64,000 nucleotides of DNA from Podarcis tiliguerta (taxonomy: Eukaryota): assembly GCA_965153285.1 (NCBI GenBank), contig OZ229112.1. One strand, written 5' to 3'. The first letter of the stretch is position 1. Each line of letters begins with the position of its first letter. The translations under genes were made by a program, and so were the position numbers. Shown in pieces: positions 53,585 through 64,000 of the stretch. The notes under the pieces are model-generated. The model was given only the letters and a program-made list of their open reading frames with translations, was not told where the DNA came from and searched no databases.

Positions 53585-54312
53585 CTGACTTGATTTTAAT
53601 CTGTCAAGACCTGTCTAATAGTCAAGAAAATTCTTTTATTTCTTTATCCTGCAATGTTGCAAGTGTAATTTCACACTTCTCTTTCAAGGTTCAAGGAAAC
53701 ATCCTCATATCTCAGCCATCTTCATTTTTCTTTTCAGTCTGTGCATGATGATGTTTAAGATTATTTTGGCAAGAAGCTATTTTAATGAAGGTCCTCTTTG
53801 CACAGCTTCACGTCAGCTGATCAAAAATGCTTTGCCTTTAGCACCACATCCAGATGTTGGGAGAGGCTTACATCATTATGAAATTGTTCTCTTCAGAAAC
53901 AGAAATAGACATTGTTTTTTCACACAGCCTCTTCATTTCACTACTTCTAGGACAACCTTAGACTTTGCTTCAGCGGGAGGAGAAAAACCTGCTAAACAGC
54001 ACACTTCGAAGTATTGCACTCAAGGATTCAACTTACAAATTTGTCAATACTCTTGTTAGTTTTAAAAAACATGGATAATGTCCTGGATCAAAAGTACTGT
54101 CTTCAATGAATTTATTCAACTTTCAGATGTTATTGTTTCATTTAATAGAGATGAAAAAATAAGGTTCCACTCAATGGTCTCTGAGTCGTCATTTTTGGAA
54201 GATGTTCATCTTACGAAATGAAGGAACAAAATTTCTACGAATACAAGTACAAGGAACAGAATTGTTGGGTTCACAGTGGTAGTCTGCAGCATTTTGAAGT
54301 GTTAAGTACTGC
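53585..54312 (-). other. PRKD3: Predicted 5'UTR part of the first coding exon of PRKD3 (about 728 nt)
   Basis: Strong acceptor tcttttttccccttctactag ending at 54313; a weaker alternative acceptor (gtttagcag) would start the exon at 53988. Confidence 0.6.
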
Positions 54313-57300
54313 CTAGTAGAAGGGGAAAAAAGATACATTTCACACATGCTAGAAATGTTACATAACACCACAATCAATCTACTTAAAGCAGAAATGATAC
54401 TGGGAGGCCAAATGCATATGCTACAACCTATTTCTGCTTTAATTTCCTTAAGTCATAGATACTTCACTTTATTCTTCTATCTTTTAGGGAGCTGCCATGT
54501 ATATTATATCAGGAACAAGATGTTGCAGCTCCTCGACATAACTGCTACATCTAATCTAGCATGGCTCATAGCAGCAGCAGAAAAATAATATTCAACACAC
54601 TGATTGCAAAGCTGTTCGATAAAAATAATGCTGCTGTGAAGGGACACTGAAAACAGTTATATTCAAAAAGTCTCAACATCAGAGAGTGGGAGGTCCACAA
54701 TGAAGGTGTTTGGAATACGGATATATGGAGTAGTTAAATATATGTAGAAAAGTTCACTGAAATTATAAGTGTCTCTGAAACACAGTGCTAAATCCAGGAC
54801 TGAAAAGGAGTACCTTGTGCTTTCAGTCTAGTGCATGTGCAGTAAAGAGAAAGTGCAAGGAATAGTGCAGGAAAAAGTGGAATGTGATCCCTCCCCTCCA
54901 CATGCATTTCACCCATTTGCAGTTCAGATGTTAAGAGAATCAAGAAGGATTGAAAGTGCATGCCGTGCTTTAGCTGCACTAGCATTGAAAGTCACACACT
55001 ACATACCTACACTTCCTCTCCTTGTTCAGCTCCTTGTAGCTAACCATTGATAAAGTTCCCACAGTGACTACTACTGAATGGTCCAAAGGATTTGTTAAGC
55101 ACCACTGCTTTACCCTACCATAGCTCAATGTTCCTGCACACTTAAGAAAAGTACGGTGGGTGTCTTCTAAAACAATATGCAATTTCATGTTCATTTTAAC
55201 TTTTAATTTTCAAAGTTAATTGGCAATGTTTTTGTGTCAACCTTTCTGAAGAAGTGCTAATATAATTTCTAACTAACGCATCAGAGGTATTTTCATTAGT
55301 AGCCATTTTGTCTAAGACACAAAGGAAAACCAGGCATATATTACTTTACAAGGTATTTGGCATAGAAGTATGCTAACGCTAGAAGAACAAGACTGCAGAT
55401 ATATCAAATCCTAAATGCTGATTCAATTGGTACTATATACAATGTTAGAACAAGCTTCTCTTTAGCGGACTAAGTGACAAAGCTACGTAGTGTTAGCAGA
55501 AAAGATTGTAAATTCTTTTATGTTTCACAAACTGATTATGAATTATTACATTTCAAGGCCTCTGAAAAATTGCACATCCCTTTACAAAATATAACTACAA
55601 AAGTAGCTGCCAGAGAAGCATATTTGTGCAACTGCCAGTGAAAACTCCAGCAAATCCAGAGGTGAAAATCTGAAATATCAGTGTTTTGTAAGTAACAAAC
55701 TTCTACTTGGTGTCACACTGTTCTAGAAAATATGACAAACTCTACACAGTGAGTCTGGCCAACAGGGGAAAGACATGATTTTAGCAGTGGTAATCTGAAC
55801 TGAATAAAATGTAAGGAGCCAGCTGGAGGGGTGGAGGCTGCAGTAACTGAGGTGAGAATGGAGGAAGATATAGAGAGCTTTTTAGTGGTAAATGCAAAGA
55901 AGTGCCTGGTGAATCTTACTGCAAATTCATTTACGAGAGCACTGTTAGGATTATTGAACTCAGTGTCATTTCTCATTGGCATGGCAATATCAAGTTAATA
56001 AATGGATGAACAAAAGAAAGGAGGAATGCACTGTGTCATTTAAATTAATTTCAGAATGCTTCTTCAATTACTACAATTTGCTCCAGTTTAAGTACCATGG
56101 TTATTATTGCAGCAGTTTTAACTTTGGGAAGAGAACTCCAAGTGTAAGGACCAAATAAAAAATAGTTAAGCAAGAAAGGTAAGTGGTCAAATAAAGAGAA
56201 ATTGCTAGAAATGGGGTCAAGAAAGAGTTTGCCTACATCATTCCAAGATTTACTCTTACACCTAAAGGGACTTTCAGTGCAGCTCTAAACCTTGTACAAG
56301 CTAATTTGGACTATGAGATGAAGAACCACAATGATCAGACTATACATTCAATTTAGAAATGGCTCTCTTCCACTTTCTAAATTGCAATAGCAACCAAAAC
56401 TGACTCATTCACGGCTAAAGACATGATTAACTTAGGGAACATCATTTTGTAACCATTCCTAATTTCTTCAGAAAAAAATCAGCTAAATTTCAAAGAATCA
56501 GTTGCAAAGTCAGAAGCTAGCAAATCCTTATGTAATCACTCTAGTTCAGATCTTGATCTATTTGCCCTGCTATTTGCCTTTGCCTAAACTACTTTCAAAA
56601 GCCACAAGTAGGCTTCCATATTTTCTTTCTTCACACTCATCTGCTGGCAAAGATGACATGCCCAGCATTCTTTCAAACCTTGGTGCAGCAGAAGTCGTCT
56701 TCATAGTTGCAGCTCTGTAGCTGGGAGGAAAGATGGCTGTTGTTTGATTGCTATGCCTCAGTCACAAGGCAGACAAAGTGGCATGGGAGGCAGAGAGTGT
56801 CCTTAGCCACTATGAGGCCAAGGCACCTAGAGCAATAAAGAGTGGCAAGGAGCCACACAAGATCAAACCACCAATGGCAGAGGAAGGGTGCCATTTTTGC
56901 CCTGATTATTCTGGAAGCTTTTCCTAATGTTCCTAAAGCTGAAACACATAGCAATCAAAATGCAGCACTATGCCAGCTGCAGGGAAATAAGTTTTACAGT
57001 AAAGAGGTGCCAGTTAACAATGGGGCTGTGCAGACCCAAATTATGCAAATTTATTTGAAAGAAAGTTGGAATTCAACAATTCTCACTTTCCAGAAAGCAT
57101 GCACTGTATGCTTTAGTTTTTGGGAAGGTACTTGGCACACTGACAAGCTACTCTACTCTATACTGCTGAACACATTGTGGACCTAACTGCAACAGATGCA
57201 ACCTATCCAAAAGGGAACCCCCTTTGTTAATAAAATCCGGTGTGTAAATGTCGGGCTTAAAGTTAAAAGATCAGAAAGATAGGTTTCAGCAACTGCAGAC

Positions 57301-57779
57301 ACCAGCTGAAAAACACAGCATTCCAGTGCACTGCGGTCCTTTTTGCAGTTTAGACACCCTGACACCTCTGGTAAAGCCAAACTATCAGCAATTGCCATAG
57401 GGAACAACATAATCCCCATGTGGTTTGTGGGTGTCAGGCACAATTTGAACTGACTCACTTCTTTCTCTATTTCTCTATTTACACCTCCATTGCTCCCCAA
57501 AGCTACATTTCCTGCTTTCTTATTATGAGATTACCATCAATTCCCAAAAGCCCTTCACTAAGTGAAAAACTCTTAATCACACTCTTTACACTAAATATTA
57601 TGCTTCGCAAGCCAGTTACATGTCCCTGTGCTTGAGGACATTTCCCCCCATTGAAATTAGCAGTTTACAACTTTTTTTTTTTTAAAGCACTGAAGTGTTA
57701 CATGGGTCACATTAAAGCCACATGGGCATCTTTACTTAATTCCCTCGCAATCCAACAGGTTGCCAGGCTGAGAACTTGC

Positions 57780-59180
57780 TGCGGGGAGTGGGGAGATTGG
57801 TCATTCCTCCCGCCAGATCCCTCTCACCAGCGTTTTGAACCCTCCTTTGCAGCACTTCAGGCGAAAGCTGGTGGCCAGATTAAAGCTCCAAAAGTCGTGG
57901 GGGCGTCAGCTGCAGAGGAGGCGAGGATGAGGACGGGAGCGCGTGGCTCTCTTCCATCCCGGGGCACCGACTGCTCTGGGCGAGAAAGAATTTGCTTCAG
58001 AAAGGAGGCGAATCCAGCCCCCCCGGAAGATGGGGCAGCCTCGTCGGGAAGCATCCCTCACAGCCTGGGGGGGGGGGGCAGGGATGATGTGGCCTTCAGG
58101 GAGTCACCGGCCCCTCCACATCTGGGCACACCCGGCCTCCTCTTGACCCCCCCACCTCCGTTGACCACAGCTGGATGGTCACCGCGGGAGGAGGGAGTCG
58201 CTTGGGACTCAGCCCGAGCCTGGCGCCCCCGCTGCCCTCGCTTCGCCTCCCCGCACCCCACCCACCCGGGAAGGGCGGTGTTGCCGCCCCCGGCGCGACC
58301 GGAGGAACTTTCCACGTTGCCCCCTCTGCCCATTCCGCCTCCTCCCGCCCTCGGACTCCCTCTCTTTCCCCTCATCCCTCCAACTCCCGACCACTCACTC
58401 GCGTCTCGGCGAAACTCCGTCTCCTCCCGGGACTGGGCGGTTTCACACGCATCTCATTACCGCCGCTCCCACTTCGAGCGACACACCACCTACTGTACAC
58501 ACACACACACACACTGAGAAGCCTCAGCCGCCCGAGATGGGACAGGAGGAGTGGGGTGGAGGTGGGAGGGGGTGGCCGAGAGGCATGCTGGGAAGGGGAG
58601 TTTTTCCTCCCCCTCCTCCCTCCTGAGGTGAACGGCGCAGGGAACTACAACGACCGCGGGGCCACTGCGAGAGCGAGGCGAAGAGGCTGAGACGGCGCAG
58701 GCGCCGGGCCGCCGGACAGAGTTTCCGTTACTTCTAGTGCCTGTGGCGGTTGGTGTTCTGAACCGCTATAGCGCGAGGGAGCGTGAGGGGAGCGGGGAGT
58801 GGAGGGAGTCGCTGGAAGAGGCGGAGGAGAAAAGTAATGAGCGGCAGAGGGAAACGGGCGGGATAAGGAGGCTGGAGGTGTACCAAGTTTTTTTAAAAGG
58901 GGGGGTGAAATGTGGACCAAACGTGCGAGGGGGAACCGCAAAGTTTTGATTTTGTTCAGGACTTTGGTGAGAGGCAGGCGCCCCGCCAAGGCTCCGTCAC
59001 GTTATTGCTGCTCGGGAGAAGCTCCTCTGGTGAAGGAAGCCAGAAAGCGGCGCCCGGCTCGTTCCCTTCCCGAATTCCAAGCGCATTTGATCATCCCCTT
59101 CTCTTCCGAGCATCTACCAAAGTGCCTTCGCTTCCCCTGGACTGCTGCGTTGAGGACAAGCTAAATCCGTGGTCATTCGA
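57780..59180. promoter_or_regulatory. CpG island / PRKD3 promoter and non-coding first exon
   Basis: Sharp rise in GC and CpG; NRF1-like GCGCAGGCGC (58695-58704); ETS-like TTCCG; GC-box-like GAGGCGGAG; G-runs; - strand donor GA|GTGAGT at 58399/58398. Confidence 0.85.
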
Positions 59181-59773
59181 GATCCTTTAAAAAAAAAAGT
59201 GTGCCCCCCCCCACACGAAAACAACCCAGAGGTTTGATGCTTACAGCTCGTCACATTTATGTCGTTTATTTTTATATATTATTATTTTTTGGTTCCTTTT
59301 TAAATTAAAAAAAAAAAGGTTTTTCAAATTAAAATTTTACAGAGCTATATCCTCCCCTTTGCGGGTCCTATTATTCATTCTTTCCTCCTGCATCTTTTAT
59401 GATAATCCAAATCCTTTACCTCTTCCATTATGTCCAGAATTCAACCTTAAACTACAAGTGATATTTCAATCCTGCTAACGATTTTACATTTATGTCATTT
59501 ATTAATGCTTGGTCATAGACCTTTCACATATAAGATAACCTAGCAGTATAAAATACTGCAATAAAAATCACATTGCTGCCTGGAAGAATCCTACGTAAAA
59601 CCTACCATCTTTACAATACTACATTGATCACATGTAACCTATATAGATCTTAGCATATTAAAAGGGTAAAATTTAATATAGATTTAAAAATATATATTAA
59701 AAGATATTATGGTTAAATAAGAGCACCCCCAAAGCAGTCAGCTGCAATCTCCTTAATAATAACCCTTGCCCAG

Positions 59774-59874
59774 ATTTTCATTGGTTGCTAGGGCAAAGAG
59801 AGAGAGACCTTGTGGGTTATCCTGCAATCAGTGTCCCACAAGGTCTCTCTCTTTGCCCTGGCAGCAATGAAAAT
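59774..59874. other. Long inverted repeat / hairpin (about 40-bp stem, 18-nt loop)
   Basis: ATTTTCATTGGTTGCTAGGGCAAAGAGAGAGAGACCTTGTGGG ... CCCACAAGGTCTCTCTCTTTGCCCTGGCAGCAATGAAAAT. Confidence 0.85.
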
Positions 59875-62800
59875 ACATTGATGCAGTTCACTTCACAGCC
59901 ACAATAGGAAAGGCTTTCCAATAAGCCAGCTCTTGTTGCACTCCAGGGTGACGGAACTGTGCCGGGGCCAGCCCTGCTATGAGGCAAAATGAGGTGGCCG
60001 CCTCAGGCAAGGGAGTGCATGAGAGGGCTCAAGGCTTACCGCTATCTTGTTGTTTTACACTAAGATAAGATGGCCCAGACATGTCCATTACAACACTTCC
60101 ATGCACCCGCCCATAGAAGGAATTGTTGGATGATGAGAAAAGGCTCAGTGTTAGTCATGGGATCCATTTCTATATGTTTCACTCTTTCCTTTTTCCTCAC
60201 AAGTTTGCACAGATTCTGTGCGCATTTTTACTTTTGTACACTGACTTCTGTTCTTTCACTTGATGAAAAGCAAGGGTGGCAAGATTTAATTGGCAGGTTA
60301 ATCATCCCACAGTGTTAGCCGTGGACGTAAAGAGCTGCTTGGGCTCACACCGGGAGCCTGCACTAGCCCAGTGTATTTTTTATTTGAACAGCCGACCCCA
60401 TGCCATCACACAATTTAGAATTTAGCCTTTGAAACACTTTTCAGCTTCAAAAGCAATTTGTCATATGGCGGAGGACTGTTTAAGAAAGGCAAGTCTAAAG
60501 CAACCTTGGAATCATGGAACTAGCTTGGTGGATTTCTGGATCATGGCCATAGCTGCAGGCCACATTTAATTGGTGAGAGAAATCTTTAGCCAATAAGGTT
60601 GCAAGCCTTTCTTTTTTAGGCTTTTTATTCTCTTAAGGTAACAGTAATTAGGAATGAGCAATATTAAAGATGTTTGGGTTTTTTACCCCATCTAACAATG
60701 ACTGGAGGCTTTTGTTTAATACATTGTAGGGTATCTTAACCTTTCCTTCACTATCCCATATAGATTCTGATGTTTTGATAATATACCCATTTATTTACAT
60801 CTAATCCATTAAAATACAAATTGCAAACCAACTCCCAATTATTAACAGTTGAAATACCTTACAGAAAATGAAAGTAGGCAAATATAGCTTTGTTCATCCT
60901 CATGCCTATGGCTGTATTTGCTCTCCTAGAAGTCTAAATTCAATGGCAAAAATCATATTTGCAAAATATAACTGGGTTTTTCTTGTGGGTGCATTCTGCA
61001 ACATGTCATTGGCTCAATAATATTGCATTAGTGGTGGATTTATACTGACCTATCCACACATCGTTCAGCTTTACTAGTTGTTCTGTGGGGCTTCCCCAGT
61101 GGTGCTTCACCACTGTTACTGGATTATTGCCATCTGAAGGGGCACTCTTGCACTATAGTGCAATGAAAGCAGACAAAAATAAACTGGAACATTTGTGTAT
61201 AAAAGGTTACAGGATTTCAGCAGGAAGATACAGGACATGCACCAATTGAAAATGTGTGCCCTGAAATGTTTGCAGGAACAAACAAAATTGAGAGCAGTGT
61301 TTTGTTTAGCCAACCCAGTACCATCATGAACACAAAGCATTGTGAACGCACAATTTAAAAAAAGACTTCCAGAGGACCCCCCCAAAAAAATCAGCATTAT
61401 ACCATTTTTCTCACAAATATGTCACACATAGGTAAGCAAAGAAAAAGAATGGAGAAAGTTATGGTTTTTTATATTCCAAGGAACTTGGAGGGGAGAATAC
61501 TTTATTCCATTACATTCCACAGTCAGAGATCGTTTACAAAGCTATGTTGCAACCCTACAACCAGATAATTTGCCTAGAATTTATCACTGTTGAAATCCCG
61601 ATGTATTTTAAATAACATTTGTAGAGGCATGTTGCTTTGTACATTTAAAAGTGAATGCCTTCTGGGCTCATTTTAATGATGTATGTTCAATGAACAGATG
61701 TTATTGTTGCTGCTAAAGTGCTATGCTAAATAGTTCGGAGCAATCTTTGTTTCTTTTTTCACCCTGAGTGTGGCTCCCACACACCAGCATTTGGAACATC
61801 ATCAGGGTCGGTTGTATAAACAGATTTAAAGGCAAAAGCTGGATTCAGTATTTTAAGCAAGCTCTCTTGTATACAGAGCATATTTTCCAGCAACTCCCAA
61901 ATGTATATCAGTTTATGAATAATAACAGATGGATATTGGGTATTACTGCAACCATTTTGGGGCTGCAATTAAGCTTCTTTGTAAAGCTTAGCTATATAAC
62001 ATCCACTAGATTCAATGCTTCTTTAATTTGTTCCTCTAAACTATGCTAGCTGCTTTTTCATAGGTTAGAACTGAGAGTGGATTAGATAAAATCATTATTA
62101 ATAGTCTGTAAAATAACACATCCATTTGGGATGTTTGGCTATTTTCTGATTCTGCATTACTAAACCAGAGGGGACATTTTGTTTTTACTATTAAATCTCA
62201 TTGTAGCTTTTGATCACCTTTATATGTAACTGTAAATGCAGAGCTCATGTATGTGCTTATACTGTACAATGTAACTGAAATCATGCTACTTATTAGGACA
62301 CTGATGATTTAAATTATTTGGTGGGGTAGTAAGAAATTTATCTTTGGGTAAGCTCACTCTCCATACCCTCTTGCACACATAATCTTCAATCAGATCACTC
62401 ATTCTTGCTGCTGTCTCTGGCGGACAATCTGCCACAAGCCAGCAGACACATGCATCCAATCAGAAATCATCATCTGTTTCCAGGCCCCACCCCATCCCCA
62501 TGAGGTGGGAATACACATTTTTAACAAGGAATTCCTTTTCATCCATTGAAATAGTGTCCAGGACTGACCACATAAGATGTTGGGACACAACACTCCTCCA
62601 TTTAACATTCTTTCCCCCGATTGGTAATGGTAGTGAATCTGGAGTCCTATAGACTACATGTTAGGATTAAGTCCAGGTGGATGTGAGCAAACACCCCCAG
62701 ACAATCCATTTGCATTGTTTTGTATTTTGTCTCTTTGCAATTTTGTGTCACACAAGGATGAATGAGCTCAGGAGAGCAGCAGGAGTACAGTCAAAGGCCA

Positions 62801-63798
62801 TAACAAATTATAATAGTAAATGTAATATAATTATGTACACAGAGCACATACAGGTGAAAAGATTGCAAGCCTTGCCTGTTAAAAGTATGATTTAGCTCCT
62901 TGTTGCAAACAATAGAAAGTCCAATATCCTAAAGACTCAGGAATCAAATAAACATAACTCCAAATTGTCACAATTTTTTTATGGGGGGAACTACTAATGA
63001 TTTGATCACTGGAACTACAAATACTAGGGCATTTTTGCTTCCAGAGCTGGCAAAGTCTGAGCGGTTAGTGAGGGCTTCCCATTCTTTCCAACTTCCCTAG
63101 AATTATTTCTTGTCAAGCACACTTCGTGCTAAACCTGACCACTATGTGGTAGTATTAACATTAACACTGGGAACAAATATTTCCATCCATATTTGAAAAT
63201 GTACAGTTGCTCAACACTGTAATAACATTATGAAGTGACTTGTCAAGTACTTCAAATATACTTGGTAGCAGTGTTATATTTTCACAGAGTTATGGTTAAC
63301 CTATTTGTTTTACATAAACCTCAATGATGTGAACTCACAATGGTTATTTCACAATAATACTTGCTCATTTACCTACCATTCCCTTTTGTGGCTGCATTTT
63401 TTTTATTTAAAAAACCATAAAAGCACCCTTAATGCCTCCCCGCAAGTTCTAATACAATTATTTGGTCAATTATTTTTCTACTAAAACATCACTCACTTAC
63501 TAAAGGACTTGGTAATAACTAAGTATATTGCTGTGAGTGGTTTGTCATCAAATAATATTCTGCCACACCCCTCCATCAAACTATACCACCCTTTCTATTG
63601 TGGAAAAAAGTGCCAATGTCACTTTCCTGGTTAAGGAGGTTCTAGTACTGTGAGTACAACAGCTAGATTCCTTCCTGTATTCAAACATGGATGTGTGTGT
63701 GTATGTATCATACTGTACTGGAAAAATACTTCACTAATGGCCATTATTTGCTAAATGTCCAAGATTCCAAATGTCTACCCTGGTTTCCTTCAAATCTA

Positions 63799-64000
63799 CA
63801 GTTGTACCTTGGAAGTCGAACAGAATCCATTCCAGAAGTCCATTCGACTTCTAAAACTTTCGGAAACCAAAGCACCGCTTCTAATTGGTTGCAGCAAGCT
63901 CCTGCAGCCAATAAGCTGTGGAAGCCCTGTCAGATGTTCAACTTCCAAAAGAACGTTCGAAAACCAGAACACTCACTTCTGGGTTTTGATCATTCAGGAG
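63799..64000. mobile_element. Tc1/mariner-type MITE, cut by the window end
   Basis: Begins TA|CAGTTGTACCTTGG, similar to the termini at 11230 and 43922; internal short inverted repeats. Confidence 0.6.

Noticed and set aside
57651-58690. 288-aa and 171-aa + strand ORFs over the CpG island
   Set aside because: Pro/Gly/Arg-rich low-complexity translations expected from stop-poor GC-rich DNA; non-ATG or weak starts and no recognisable domain

Overview
Eukaryotic (vertebrate) genomic DNA, most likely a squamate, probably a lacertid-type lizard. That is inferred from the Sauria/Squam-type SINEs, BovB/RTE, L2 and CR1 fragments and the Tc1-mariner/hAT MITEs. The window holds two convergent spliced genes. 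(1) The 3' part of NDUFAF7 (mitochondrial complex I assembly arginine methyltransferase, + strand): 7 coding exons from 1295 to the stop at 6482. (2) The complete PRKD3 gene (protein kinase D3, - strand): 18 coding exons from ATG 53584 to TAA 12099, joining to 2673 nt = 890 aa, with GT-AG boundaries and consistent phases throughout. PRKD3 also has a long 5'UTR rich in upstream ATGs and a CpG-island promoter/first exon at about 57.8-59.2 kb. The two 3'UTRs appear to meet at a near-palindromic back-to-back poly(A) signal (6680-6692). The remainder is intronic or intergenic sequence with many transposon relics. I see no evidence of a novel multi-gene system. The best leads are regulatory or RNA-level: the bidirectional poly(A) site, the uORF cluster, two pre-miRNA-sized hairpins, and unusual retroposition products (a 59-bp target-site duplication and a SINE/BovB chimera). 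Repeat family names come from recognition, not from a database search.
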